Origin: Candidatus Pacearchaeota archaeon
Lineage (GTDB): Archaea; Nanobdellota; Nanobdellia; Pacearchaeales; GW2011-AR1
DNA: 64,000 nucleotides
Assembly (NCBI GenBank): GCA_038885615.1
Contig: JAVZZP010000002.1
Location: 698-64,697 of the forward strand
Direction: 5' to 3'
Of this stretch, positions 18,054 through 27,923 are shown piece after piece. Made by a program: the position numbers and the translations under genes. The notes beneath the pieces are model-generated. The model did no database searches. It had not been told where the DNA came from and saw only the letters and a program-made list of their open reading frames with translations. The number at the start of each line of letters is the position of its first letter. Within the stretch, counting starts at the first letter, position 1.

Positions 18054-20405
18054 TTAAAACAATTTCTCCTGTTTTTCTTCATTAAAAGCTTTTTCAAAAT
18101 TTATTCCAGATGTTTCTAAAATAGTTTTTGCTATCGGCTTTATTTGTTTTTCAACATAATGCTCATAATCAATTTTGTGTTTTAATTTTTGTATTGGTTC
18201 TGGGCCATTTGTTGTTATGTAATATTCTATGAGATTGCTTTCTAGAGAATCAAGTTGACGAGCAGCCTTTACATGCGGCGGAGTTGTTTTCGTGTATTCT
18301 TCTAGTTCTTTTCTTATTGATTTTCTGTAAACTAGTTCTTTGTCGAGTTTTCCTTCTTTTAATTTTTTGATATGTTCTTTGATAAATGGAATTGGATTTT
18401 CTTTTTTGAAAATTTTTATTAGCAATTCTTTTTGAAAATTTTTTGCAGCTTCTGTCCAATCTCCGCGAATTGCTTCAAGTCCAACAATTTCAAGCTCTTC
18501 TTTTCCATTTTTTTCAATTAAGCCAGCATATCTTTTTTTTGCTCCTCTTGTCTCTTCTTGTGCCCTCATTTGAGGGATAATTAAAGATAAATAGAAAGAA
18601 TCAAACTCTAGTTCAAGGAAAGATTTTCTATTGAATTTTTCTTTGACATATTTTTCATAAAAAGAGTTTATTTCTTTTGGTAGTTTTTCCGCTAGTTTTA
18701 TTGCTTCTTCTTTATTTAGTTTTGTATGCACAAAAATGCTATCTGTATCTCCATAAAGAACTTCAAAACCTTTTTCTTCTACTTTTTTGGCAGTCATTTT
18801 TATTATTTCTTGTCCAAAGTGGGTTATTGCATTCGCCATTCTTAAATCAAAATATCTGCAGTTAGGAGAAGCGAGAACACCAAAAAAAGAGTTCATTATG
18901 ATTTTTATTGCGTAATTTGAAAGCTCTCTTTTTTCTTTTTTTGCCTTTTCTCTTGCTTCGTGAAGTTTTCCAAGTATTTCTGGAAGAATTCCTTCTTGGT
19001 TTTTGAAACAAGCACCATTTGGAGAAACGATACAATTTTTTTCGGGTTTTTCTATAAAACTTGCAGGATCTATGTTGAATGTTTTTATTATTGAAGGATA
19101 AAGTGATTTAAAATCAAAAGTTAGAACATTTTCATAAATGCCTGGTTTTGGGGTCATTACATATCCCCCTTTGATTTTTTCTTCTTTTTGATTGTATTTT
19201 GTTGTTGGAGAAACAAGATTTCTTTTTCTAGCCTCTCTTATATATAAAGAATCAAAAGCAGCTATAGAACCTGTAAGTTTATTTAATTGTAAACCTGTCA
19301 ACTCACTTCTTTCTATTTCCAAGTCGATTATTTTAGCTTTTTCTAAGATTTCATAAACTAAAACACAATCATTTAGATTGTAGTCTATTAGTTTTTCTTT
19401 ATTTTTTTTGTATAGCTCTTCTATCTCTTTGTGCTTGTTCTTTTTGAAAGAAATTGTTTTACCCTTACCGAGAATTGCTTGTGAAACATCTTCTAGGGAA
19501 TAAGATTCTGCTTTTATTGATTTAATAAGAGGAGATTCTTGTATAAATGGGTCTTTAATAAGATTTAGTCCATCTAAAGCAATTCTTCCAGGAATTTCAG
19601 CGGTAGAATTTTTAAAGAAATTTTTTTCTATTCTTATTTTTGCTTCTTCCTTTTCTTTTCTTCCTATATCAAACAAAATTTTGTTTTTTTTGAAAATTTC
19701 TTTTAGATAAAACAAATCAAAATCTATAAGGTTCCATCCGGTTATTATATCCGGATCAAAAGAGATTATTTCTTTTTTTAAATCTTCAAGAAGTTTTTCT
19801 TCTTTTTCATAGTTCTGTGCATTTTTTATTTTTTCTTTTGATATGATAAAACTTTTTTGATAATTTTTAGAATATAAACTTACGCAATACAATTCTCCTC
19901 TTTCAGAGGTTTCAATATCTAGAGAGAGTACTTTTAATTTTGTTTTTTCTTCTGATGAAAATTTCTTTATTTCCGGTTCTATATAAAACCTATCAACTCT
20001 TTGTTCGCTATCTGTTTTATAATCTCCATACAATTCTATTCTTGAGAAAATGTCATTGTCAATTAAAAAGCGAGTGTTTGGCTTTAAGTCTGCTTCAAAA
20101 GTTTCTATTTTTAAACTATTTAATAACTTCAAGAATTCTTTTTGTTTTTCATAGTTTTTAAATACTATTTTAAGGCATTCTTTTCCAGAAAAAGTTTTCT
20201 CAGAAGTTCTTTCAATTTTTGCATCAAACCCTTTTAAGTCCCCTTGTATTTTCTTTTCATCTTCTTTTTTTATAAAAAAATACGGAAAAAAGCTTTTTTC
20301 AACGACGAAGCTATGTCCATTTGTTAAGCGACCATATAAATAAATGTAAGTTTTGTCTTCTTTTGTTTCGTAGTCAGAATAAACAATAAATCCTATTTGT
20401 TTCAT
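18054..20405 (-). CDS. polB: Family B DNA polymerase, bacterial Pol II-like
   Basis: Exo motifs LDIET, GWNLIDFD and YNLND; polymerase motifs DFKSLYPSII, KIIMNSFFG, YGDTDS and KKRYAG; Pol II-like C-terminus (PPHVKAAR, TTNGPEP). Confidence 0.92.
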   Translation of the reverse strand: MKQIGFIVYSDYETKEDKTYIYLYGRLTNGHSFVVEKSFFPYFFIKKEDEKKIQGDLKGFDAKIERTSEKTFSGKECLKIVFKNYEKQKEFLKLLNSLKIETFEADLKPNTRFLIDNDIFSRIELYGDYKTDSEQRVDRFYIEPEIKKFSSEEKTKLKVLSLDIETSERGELYCVSLYSKNYQKSFIISKEKIKNAQNYEKEEKLLEDLKKEIISFDPDIITGWNLIDFDLFYLKEIFKKNKILFDIGRKEKEEAKIRIEKNFFKNSTAEIPGRIALDGLNLIKDPFIQESPLIKSIKAESYSLEDVSQAILGKGKTISFKKNKHKEIEELYKKNKEKLIDYNLNDCVLVYEILEKAKIIDLEIERSELTGLQLNKLTGSIAAFDSLYIREARKRNLVSPTTKYNQKEEKIKGGYVMTPKPGIYENVLTFDFKSLYPSIIKTFNIDPASFIEKPEKNCIVSPNGACFKNQEGILPEILGKLHEAREKAKKEKRELSNYAIKIIMNSFFGVLASPNCRYFDLRMANAITHFGQEIIKMTAKKVEEKGFEVLYGDTDSIFVHTKLNKEEAIKLAEKLPKEINSFYEKYVKEKFNRKSFLELEFDSFYLSLIIPQMRAQEETRGAKKRYAGLIEKNGKEELEIVGLEAIRGDWTEAAKNFQKELLIKIFKKENPIPFIKEHIKKLKEGKLDKELVYRKSIRKELEEYTKTTPPHVKAARQLDSLESNLIEYYITTNGPEPIQKLKHKIDYEHYVEKQIKPIAKTILETSGINFEKAFNEEKQEKLF

Positions 20406-20453
20406 ATATTTTTATAAATAAATCTTTTTAAAATACTTTTTATTTTGTTTTTT

Positions 20454-20948
20454 ATGGCTTCAAATACTAATTTGTCTTATATTGAACTAGAAAAAAAATT
20501 CAGGCATTTGATAAAGGACTTAATAAGAAGTTGGCCAGAAAGATATTGTTGTTTGGATTATAGACATCACTCTAAAATTGCTGATTCCATGCAGGATCAA
20601 AAATATAGGTTCGGTATAATTCCCCGTAGAGATGTTTCACCTAGGAATACAGGGCATTCTTTTGATTGTGGCCATTCTAGAATAGAACTTTTCTTGGGTG
20701 GAAATTTTGATGAAAGAGATTTGTTTGTGCCTAATTATTATAGGTGGGTTTTCTGTCCCTCTCTTTCAACAGATTTTTTTGTAGAGGGAATTAATGAACA
20801 ATTTAAGGAATATTGGCTAGCTTTTGGTAGGGAAGTTCTTTTTAGAAGAGATTTCTTTTCTTTTGTAGAGGGTTGTTTAGATATTGTTCAGGATAATCTT
20901 GCCGTTTTAAAAGACATTATTTCAAGAGAAAAGGAATATTTCTTTTAA
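20454..20948 (+). CDS. Hypothetical protein
   Basis: ORF of about 164 aa divergent from polB; no recognisable motif. Confidence 0.5.
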   Translation: MASNTNLSYIELEKKFRHLIKDLIRSWPERYCCLDYRHHSKIADSMQDQKYRFGIIPRRDVSPRNTGHSFDCGHSRIELFLGGNFDERDLFVPNYYRWVFCPSLSTDFFVEGINEQFKEYWLAFGREVLFRRDFFSFVEGCLDIVQDNLAVLKDIISREKEYFF

Positions 20949-21001
20949 AATAACTTTTAATCTATATTAATTTTTAAAAAATATCTTTCTTTTATTTTTT
21001 T

Positions 21002-22320
21002 ATGGAATTTAAGTATGGTAAAGTATGGGAAATAGAAGACGATAAGGTGAGAGAATTAAATGAAAAAAGATGCGAGCTCAATGATCTTTCTTCAAGAATG
21101 GAAACGGCATATTCTTATTTTTATGCGACCGTTACTCCTACTAGTATAGAGAGGTATCTAAGTCAGATAGAAAATTTAGAGAATGAAATTAGCGGATTTA
21201 GAAAAGATAGGTTAAATCCCTTTGATAGAGCTGTTTTTATGGATATTTCGGGAAATGCAAGAAAACATAGGGCTTTATATGACTTTTATTACAATCAAGA
21301 AAAAAATATAGGACTAGAACAACTTTTAGATATTTTTTTGGTGATGGTACATAAAAGAGGCTAATCTCACTTAGAAGTAAAGGAGGTTTTCAATCAATAG
21401 ACTCCTTCGTTAAGGGGTTTTTTCCTTTTTGGAGTAGAGAGGTAAGAGATAACATTATCTTCTCTAGTTGTCAAAATATTTCAAAGTCATTTTCAGATTT
21501 AAGAGAATTTAAGTATCGTGAACTAGACAGAATAGCCAAAAGAGTAGCTTCGTGGTTTTCAGAAAGAGGAGCGGTTATGAAAGAAAGAGAGCTAACTTAC
21601 GGTTTTTTGCCTTATGAAGAGGAAAATCAAGGAAAATTTGATAAAAACTCCGGAGCAATTCTAATAAATCCTACTAGCATTATAATATATAGAGAAGATA
21701 ACTCTTCATTTGGTATTAACTCTTCTCTGGCTATTCCTGTTTCTGTTCATGAATTATCACATAAAGTTCATACAGAGTACTCTTCAAAATTTTTTCCAAA
21801 TGGGTTAAATGACCGATTTTCAGAAGATAATTCTGGATTTTATGATTTACAGCAAGAAGGAAACGCAATGTTTAATGAGCAATTATTTTTGTCCGAAGGA
21901 GGTAAGTATTTTTTTGAGAAAGAATTAGCCTTGGCAAGAAAATATTTTAGAGCATATCTGCCTTTAAAAGCAGATTTTATTCTAGCAAGCATTTTGCGTC
22001 AAGAAGATGTTTTAGTTAATAAAACAAAAAGGAGCAAGAATTCCGAAGATTTTAAAGAAAAACTGGTTTTTTTGTCAGGCGTGAAGAGATATTCTATCGA
22101 TCAAGATTCTTTTAATTTTTGTTTGTCCGAGCTTTTTTCATTAGCAAATTATTCTGAAGGATTTTATAGAATGAAAAAACTAGATGACGATTTAAGAAAA
22201 AAAGGCGTTAGTGATGATTTAAGATTCTTTTCTAGATTTGCTGGTTTTTGGGCAGATTTTAATGCCTTTAGATATTTTGTCAATGATGTATTTGTGCCAG
22301 AGTTTTCTAGAGGAAATTAG
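21002..22320 (+). pseudogene. Split gluzincin-like metallopeptidase gene
   Basis: The frame of 21577-22320 is open back to 21355 and overlaps the end of 21002-21364, giving one lesion region near 21333-21356. The 3' part has VHELSH and a downstream QEGNAMFNE. Confidence 0.55.
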
Positions 22321-22354
22321 AAAAATTAATAATCCCTTAATTCCTATTATTTTA

Positions 22355-23386
22355 ATGGGAGTACAAATAGCAGATATTATTCCTAGGAAAGAAATAGATA
22401 TTTCTCTTTTAAAAGGAAAGACAATTGCAGTTGATGCAATGAACACTCTTTATCAATTCTTAACTACGATAAGACAGCAAGACGGAACACCGCTGATGGA
22501 TTCTAAAGGCAAAATAACCTCTCATTTGTCAGGGCTTTTTTATAGAAATATTTCTTTGCTTAGCGAAGGAATAGAACTTGTTTATGTTTTTGATGGAAAA
22601 CCATCCGAGTTAAAAAGAAAAGAACTTGAAGAAAGAGCTGAAAGAAAAAAAGAAGCATTAGAAAAATATGAGGAAGCAAAAGAAAAAGGGGAAATAGAGG
22701 AGATGGCTAAATACTCAAGGCAGTTTGTTAGGATAAATGAAGAAATAATTAAAGAAAGCAAAGAACTTTTATCTGCCTTAGGAATTTCTTTTGTTGAGTC
22801 AATAAATGAGGGAGAAGCAGAAGCCTCTTTTTTGGCAAAATCTAACGTTGTATGGGCCTGTGCTTCACAGGACTATGATTCTTTACTTTATGGAACACCT
22901 AGGCTGATTAGAAATTTAACTCTTGCTAGAAAAAGAAGAACTTCTTCAGGAGTTTTGGTAGATGTTAATCTTGAGTTGATAGAGTTGCAGCATGTTTTAG
23001 AAACATTACAAATAGATAGAGATGGTTTGATTTGTTTAGGAATTATTGTTGGGACAGATTTTAATCCGGGTGGAATCAAAGGACTAGGTCAAAAAAAAGC
23101 TCTTGAAATTGTTAGAAAATACAAATATCCTGCATTGATTTTTGATTATCTGCAAAAAAGCGGAAAATATGTTATTGATTTTATTTGGACAGATATTTTT
23201 AAGGAATTTAAAGAATATAAAGGAAATAATATTTCAAGAGTAGAAAAGAAAAAAATTGATTTTGACAAAGTTAAGAAGATCCTTCTTGAGAGAGATTTTT
23301 CAGAAGAAAGAATAGACAATGCCTTAGAAAAACTTAAAGAGATTCAAGAACAGAAAAAGCAAGTTTCCCTTAAGGATTTTTTTTAG
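22355..23386 (+). CDS. fen: Flap endonuclease 1
   Basis: MGVQI start, AVDAMNTLYQF, TSHLSGLFYR, EGEAEA, SQDYD, GTDFNPGG and the C-terminal PIP box QVSLKDFF. Confidence 0.97.
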   Translation: MGVQIADIIPRKEIDISLLKGKTIAVDAMNTLYQFLTTIRQQDGTPLMDSKGKITSHLSGLFYRNISLLSEGIELVYVFDGKPSELKRKELEERAERKKEALEKYEEAKEKGEIEEMAKYSRQFVRINEEIIKESKELLSALGISFVESINEGEAEASFLAKSNVVWACASQDYDSLLYGTPRLIRNLTLARKRRTSSGVLVDVNLELIELQHVLETLQIDRDGLICLGIIVGTDFNPGGIKGLGQKKALEIVRKYKYPALIFDYLQKSGKYVIDFIWTDIFKEFKEYKGNNISRVEKKKIDFDKVKKILLERDFSEERIDNALEKLKEIQEQKKQVSLKDFF

Positions 23387-24174
23387 GGAGAATCTTCTTT
23401 TATTTCTTCTAAGATTTTTATTTCGAAGTTTATTTTATTGAATTCTTCATTTATATAAAAATCTCTTATCGAAGTAAAGTTATAAATTGAGTAAGTTATA
23501 GTTTTATTATTTTTATTTTCTTTTTTTTCTTCTACTTTAACATCGAATAAGTTTTTTGTTATGTTGTTCATACAATCCATGTCTTTTTTACATTCAAGTG
23601 TTTTGTGTATGTCGTAAAAAGGAAGAAGACCTATTTTTTTAAAAATTATCTCTGCATTCAATTTATCTTTTTTTGTAATTTCTGGTACTTTGAATTCTAT
23701 TTCTTTTAGTTTAATATTTATTTTTTCATCATCTAAAAATAAATCAAAGTTTAGGTCTTTTATTTTTTCTATTAAAATTTTTTTGTAAGTATAATTGTTT
23801 TTATTTTGAAAAGAGTTATATTCGTTAATTGCTTTTATTTTTAAGCAGTTTTTAGTTGCATTATTTAAACTTTCATTTATATCTTTTTTCATTTTATCAA
23901 AAAATAAAATCTCTTCAATTTCTTTTTCTTCGTAGAATTTTTTGTTTTTAGTTAAATTGTAGTAACTATAATATGTACATTCTTCAAGATATTTTTCTAA
24001 TCTATACTCCATGTCTTTTTTTTCCAGTTGAATTTCTTCTATACTATCATAGCCTTTCAATCTAAATTCAAACTTTTCATTGTATGAAGCAATTTTGACT
24101 AAAGCATAAACACAAATAATTAAAACCATTATTGTAAATATTACTATATCTAAGTTAGCTTTTTTATTTTTCAT
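23383..24174 (-). CDS. Pilin-like protein with class III-type signal
   Basis: MKNKKA followed by a hydrophobic helix (NLDIVIFTIMVLIICVYAL). Confidence 0.65.
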   Translation of the reverse strand: MKNKKANLDIVIFTIMVLIICVYALVKIASYNEKFEFRLKGYDSIEEIQLEKKDMEYRLEKYLEECTYYSYYNLTKNKKFYEEKEIEEILFFDKMKKDINESLNNATKNCLKIKAINEYNSFQNKNNYTYKKILIEKIKDLNFDLFLDDEKINIKLKEIEFKVPEITKKDKLNAEIIFKKIGLLPFYDIHKTLECKKDMDCMNNITKNLFDVKVEEKKENKNNKTITYSIYNFTSIRDFYINEEFNKINFEIKILEEIKEDSP

Positions 24175-24176
24175 TT

Positions 24177-24758
24177 TTAGCATTCTTCTATGTAATATTT
24201 AATTAAAGCAAAAGATTTTTCTGGAAAGAAGAAACTATAACCGTAACTTAAATCTTCTATATCTGAAAATAATTTAAAATCAGTCTGGAAAGGATATTTT
24301 TTTCCTCTAGGGTATGAAAAACAATAATTTGCTCTTCCTTTTGAGTATGCAGAAACACCATCACCTATATAAGATAGCCCATTAACTATAAAAAAAGAAC
24401 TACAAATTTTGATTATTTTGTTTTTATCATTTAATCTTTTTAGATAGTCTTCCATTTTAGGATTTATTTTATTACTGCAAAATGGGTCAATCTTTTCTAT
24501 AAAATCTTCTGTCAAATAATAAAATTTTTTATTTTCCACTTCTTCTTCAAATAAATAAAAAAGTGCTCTTTGTTCCTCCTGTGATAAAAAAGCAGCTGTT
24601 CCTACAGTTTTTACATCATCTACAATGTTATTCTTTATGTCTTTAATATTTTTTAAGCCAGCAAAAAAAACAAAAATCATCAGAATAAAAAAAATAACTA
24701 TTGTTGCTACAAACCATGAGAGCGTACTTGAAATTTGTGCTTTTTTATTTTTTTTCAT
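24177..24758 (-). CDS. Pilin-like protein with class III signal peptide
   Basis: MKKNKKA/QISSTLSWFVATIVIFFILMIF. Confidence 0.75.
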   Translation of the reverse strand: MKKNKKAQISSTLSWFVATIVIFFILMIFVFFAGLKNIKDIKNNIVDDVKTVGTAAFLSQEEQRALFYLFEEEVENKKFYYLTEDFIEKIDPFCSNKINPKMEDYLKRLNDKNKIIKICSSFFIVNGLSYIGDGVSAYSKGRANYCFSYPRGKKYPFQTDFKLFSDIEDLSYGYSFFFPEKSFALIKYYIEEC

Positions 24759-24759
24759 T

Positions 24760-25272
24760 TTAAACAAAACTTTTTTTATTTCCATGATTTTGAGAAGCAA
24801 CCAATAACTCCACGATTAAGATTTCTTTTTTATTTTCTGTTTCGTTAAAGTAATTTACGAGAATTTTTGTTTGGGAGCAAGCAGGAAGGTATGGCCCTTT
24901 TTGTTTAATTGTGCAATCATTTTCATACGAGAACTGGCCGAATCTAAATTTTTTTATTTCAAATTCATATTCATTCTTTATTTTTAAATGTAAAAATCTT
25001 GTTGTATTTTTTTCTTCTTTAAAAGATTCTTTGTTTAAACCACATTCATCAAAAAACGCCCCCTCATTCCACAAAAGAACTTCATTTTTTAGATAACCAT
25101 TCTTTATAATGCAGTCTAAAATCTTTTGTTGAAGCATAGATATTTCTTGAGCTCTGACATCTATCGGAGAACTAAAATAATTTAGTGTAACTATTGTTAC
25201 AACTAGTCCAACTAATGCTAAAGAGACAAACCACCACAAAGAGAAAATTTTTTCATCGGCTTTTTTATTCAT
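24760..25272 (-). CDS. Pilin-like protein with class III-type signal
   Basis: MNKKA/DEKIFSLWWFVSLALVGLVV. Confidence 0.7.
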   Translation of the reverse strand: MNKKADEKIFSLWWFVSLALVGLVVTIVTLNYFSSPIDVRAQEISMLQQKILDCIIKNGYLKNEVLLWNEGAFFDECGLNKESFKEEKNTTRFLHLKIKNEYEFEIKKFRFGQFSYENDCTIKQKGPYLPACSQTKILVNYFNETENKKEILIVELLVASQNHGNKKSFV

Positions 25273-25700
25273 TTTATTCCTATTAAAAGTTTTCCTCCTA
25301 TTGTCCTATTTTGATTATCTACATCTAAATGAATTTTTGTTAAACTCTCATCAATTTCTATTTTAGAGAAAAAATGATAAACAAAACCCCCTTCTTTCTT
25401 TGTTTTAATTTGAACAAAACTTTCTGTTGTATTTATTATTATCATTTCTTCCTGCATAAATTTTGAATCCATTCTATTTTTTTGAGCATTTTTTATTAAG
25501 TCAGTTATATTTATCTCAAAGAAATCCCCTCTTTCTGCCCTATTTAGCATTAACCCAATTTTTTTTGCATAAATTTCTTCATAACGGAGAGCCTCAGAAG
25601 AAACTCTGTTAACAAAAATGAGCATTAACGACATAAAAATTATATTTAGAACTATAAAAATAACAATAGGATAAATCATATCGGCTCTTTTATTTTTCAT
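25269..25700 (-). CDS. Pilin-like protein with class III-type signal
   Basis: MKNKRA/DMIYPIVIFIVLNIIF. Confidence 0.7.
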   Translation of the reverse strand: MKNKRADMIYPIVIFIVLNIIFMSLMLIFVNRVSSEALRYEEIYAKKIGLMLNRAERGDFFEINITDLIKNAQKNRMDSKFMQEEMIIINTTESFVQIKTKKEGGFVYHFFSKIEIDESLTKIHLDVDNQNRTIGGKLLIGIK

Positions 25701-25737
25701 TTTTTTATAAATAAAACTAATATTATAAATTTAACTT

Positions 25738-26772
25738 TTAACCAAGGCTTGCAATATAAAATTCTCCTTTTTCGTTAAATTTTTTAAATCCCTCACTTGT
25801 GTAATCTAATAAAAAAACCCCTGCTGCATACTCTGCTTCCGGAAACATTCCTTCGACTTTTAAAGATTTTAAATGAATCCAGTCTCCTGCTCCCCAACCA
25901 GCAACGCCGCCGATCATCGCGCCAGCAAAAGGGTGCCCTGCCTTAAAACCTAATAATCCTCCAACAATTCCGCCAACAGAAGCACCTATAAGCGCCCCCA
26001 TTGCTGTCGGTCTTGCTTCAACATACATTATTGCTTGGGTTGTTGTTAGATTTATTTTAGTATTTAGAAAATCACTAATTAATTCACTACTCTGAGGATT
26101 TCCTGAACTAGTGCTTCCGCTTCCAGAAACGCTTTGACCAAAAAGGATATTCATTGTTTCCCCATCATAAGAATTTCTTAAAAAATCCCAATAAGAAACA
26201 TTCATTTGGGGATGTTTATATCTCAATAAGTAATCATTAAAACCTTCTAACTCTTTTAATTGGGGATTATTATCTTTTTCTGTAACTGTTTCATCAAATT
26301 TTATTCTTGAACATATTATTCCAACTGAACCAACAGATTTTTTTACAGTTATTTCTCTCTTGAAAATTGCATAAGCCCCCCTTCCTAACATGTCCCAGCA
26401 GTCAGCCATTTCTCGTGCAAGCAAAGTTTTTATCTGTTTTTCTGCTTTTTCTTTATCTTTGCTTATTCTATATGTAGAGTATTTTCCTTCCAAAGAACCA
26501 AAATCTTTCTGGCATTCTCCTTTAAGTGGCCACCTGTTTGTTGTTACACAAATTTTTTTTGTTTTGCATTTTAATTGAACTAAGTCTTTTGCTTGTGACT
26601 CTAAAATGCTGTCAGGAATTGTTCCCCTCAAAACAGCACTTGTCTTGCATGTTTCTCTGTCTAAGTCTTCTGTTTTAATTAATTGATAATAAGTTAAAGC
26701 AATAATAACAATTGTAACAATAACGATTATAATTGCCACAATCATTCCAACACTCATTTCTCCTTTTTTCAT
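25738..26772 (-). CDS. Large pilin-like protein with a glycine-zipper segment
   Basis: MKKG/EMSVGMIVAIIIVIV, a Cys-containing domain (MADCWDMLGRG) and a GxxxG zipper (GALIGASVGGIVGG...GAMIGGVAGWGAG). Confidence 0.7.
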   Translation of the reverse strand: MKKGEMSVGMIVAIIIVIVTIVIIALTYYQLIKTEDLDRETCKTSAVLRGTIPDSILESQAKDLVQLKCKTKKICVTTNRWPLKGECQKDFGSLEGKYSTYRISKDKEKAEKQIKTLLAREMADCWDMLGRGAYAIFKREITVKKSVGSVGIICSRIKFDETVTEKDNNPQLKELEGFNDYLLRYKHPQMNVSYWDFLRNSYDGETMNILFGQSVSGSGSTSSGNPQSSELISDFLNTKINLTTTQAIMYVEARPTAMGALIGASVGGIVGGLLGFKAGHPFAGAMIGGVAGWGAGDWIHLKSLKVEGMFPEAEYAAGVFLLDYTSEGFKKFNEKGEFYIASLG

Positions 26773-26912
26773 ATTTCTCCACTAGTCAATTTTTTAATTA
26801 AAAAATATAAAGCGCCAGACAAGAGGACAGTAATTAAAAACCAGATTATATATTTTCCTAATTGTTCAAAATTGCCTTGGGATTTTTTTTGAAATTTTAT
26901 TCTAAATTTCAT
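26769..26912 (-). CDS. Small pilin-like peptide (47 aa), missed by the ORF track
   Basis: MKFRIKFQKKSQGNFEQLGKYIIWFLITVLLSGALYFLIKKLTSGEI; ATGA overlap with the next gene and overlap with the previous stop. Confidence 0.65.
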   Translation of the reverse strand: MKFRIKFQKKSQGNFEQLGKYIIWFLITVLLSGALYFLIKKLTSGEI

Positions 26913-27882
26913 TTTTTATATCTTCTAATTTTTTTCTTATTTCAACAATTTTTTTGATTATAGGAGTTCTTTTTTCTTTTAATTTTTTATATTCTTCATC
27001 ACTTATCTCAGAACCTTTTAATCTTAAAATATATTTGCTAAAAAAACTTATTTTTTGTGATTCATAATTAGTTTTATATTCTATGAAAAGCTTATTAATT
27101 TCAACTGACTCTTTTTCCAATTCACTTAACTCATTTCTGATCTGTTGAATTTCATTTTTTTTATTTTCATTATTTATTGTTTTTTCCAATTCACTTAACT
27201 CATTTTTGATGTCACCTACATTTTTTAAAATTGCAATATGTAATTCATTTAGTGCACTATCAAGTTTTGAGCCACTTTCTGCTTCTAATAAAAAAGAATC
27301 TATAAATTTGTCAATCGTCCATTCTTTTTCTACTCTATTTTTTATAACTACCTCTTTTTCTTTTACTGTTATTTCTAATTCTGTTGGACTCTCTATATAT
27401 ATTGGGAGATTATTTGTATAACCTTCTTTTATTATGTTGATACTTTCTATAATCGTATTAATTATTCCTTCTGGAGGATTGTTATTAATTGTTATAACTT
27501 TTTTACTTGTTTTTTTACATATGCCTTTACTTTCACATTCTCTTAAAGAATTTTTTTTTGTTGCAATTGTTGGAGTTGGACAAATACAAACACAATTTTC
27601 TCCACATGTTTGTGGTTTTTGTTCAAAATTTTGATATGGCCAAGCCAAAATCCACCACCCCTTCGGACTCTCAATAAAAGCATAACCTACTTCTCCTTCT
27701 TTTAAGGAGTTAATAGTATCTTCGATTTCTCTCATCGCAACTTTTGCTTGTTCGTATTCTGTTTTTTGTATTAAAATTCCGATAAGTTTGAACATAAGAA
27801 ATATCATTAAAACAATTCCAATAACACCAAGAACAATTTTTCCAGCTTCTTCTCCGAACCAAAGCCCCTTTTTGTTTTTCAT
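26902..27882 (-). CDS. Pilin-like protein with C-terminal coiled coil
   Basis: MKNKKG/LWFGEEAGKIVLGVIGIVL, CGENCVCIC, and NELSELEK twice (25-bp direct repeat at 27112-27136 and 27181-27205). Confidence 0.7.
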   Translation of the reverse strand: MKNKKGLWFGEEAGKIVLGVIGIVLMIFLMFKLIGILIQKTEYEQAKVAMREIEDTINSLKEGEVGYAFIESPKGWWILAWPYQNFEQKPQTCGENCVCICPTPTIATKKNSLRECESKGICKKTSKKVITINNNPPEGIINTIIESINIIKEGYTNNLPIYIESPTELEITVKEKEVVIKNRVEKEWTIDKFIDSFLLEAESGSKLDSALNELHIAILKNVGDIKNELSELEKTINNENKKNEIQQIRNELSELEKESVEINKLFIEYKTNYESQKISFFSKYILRLKGSEISDEEYKKLKEKRTPIIKKIVEIRKKLEDIKNEI

Positions 27883-27923
27883 TAATTTATAGAGAAAAAA
27901 GGATTAATAAGGGTTTTGTTATA

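Noticed and set aside
27112..27205. 25-bp direct repeat containing AATTCACTTAAC, similar to the 7875-7889 core site
   Set aside because: It encodes the duplicated coiled-coil peptide NELSELEK and has no hairpin; only two copies, so not an att site or a CRISPR array.
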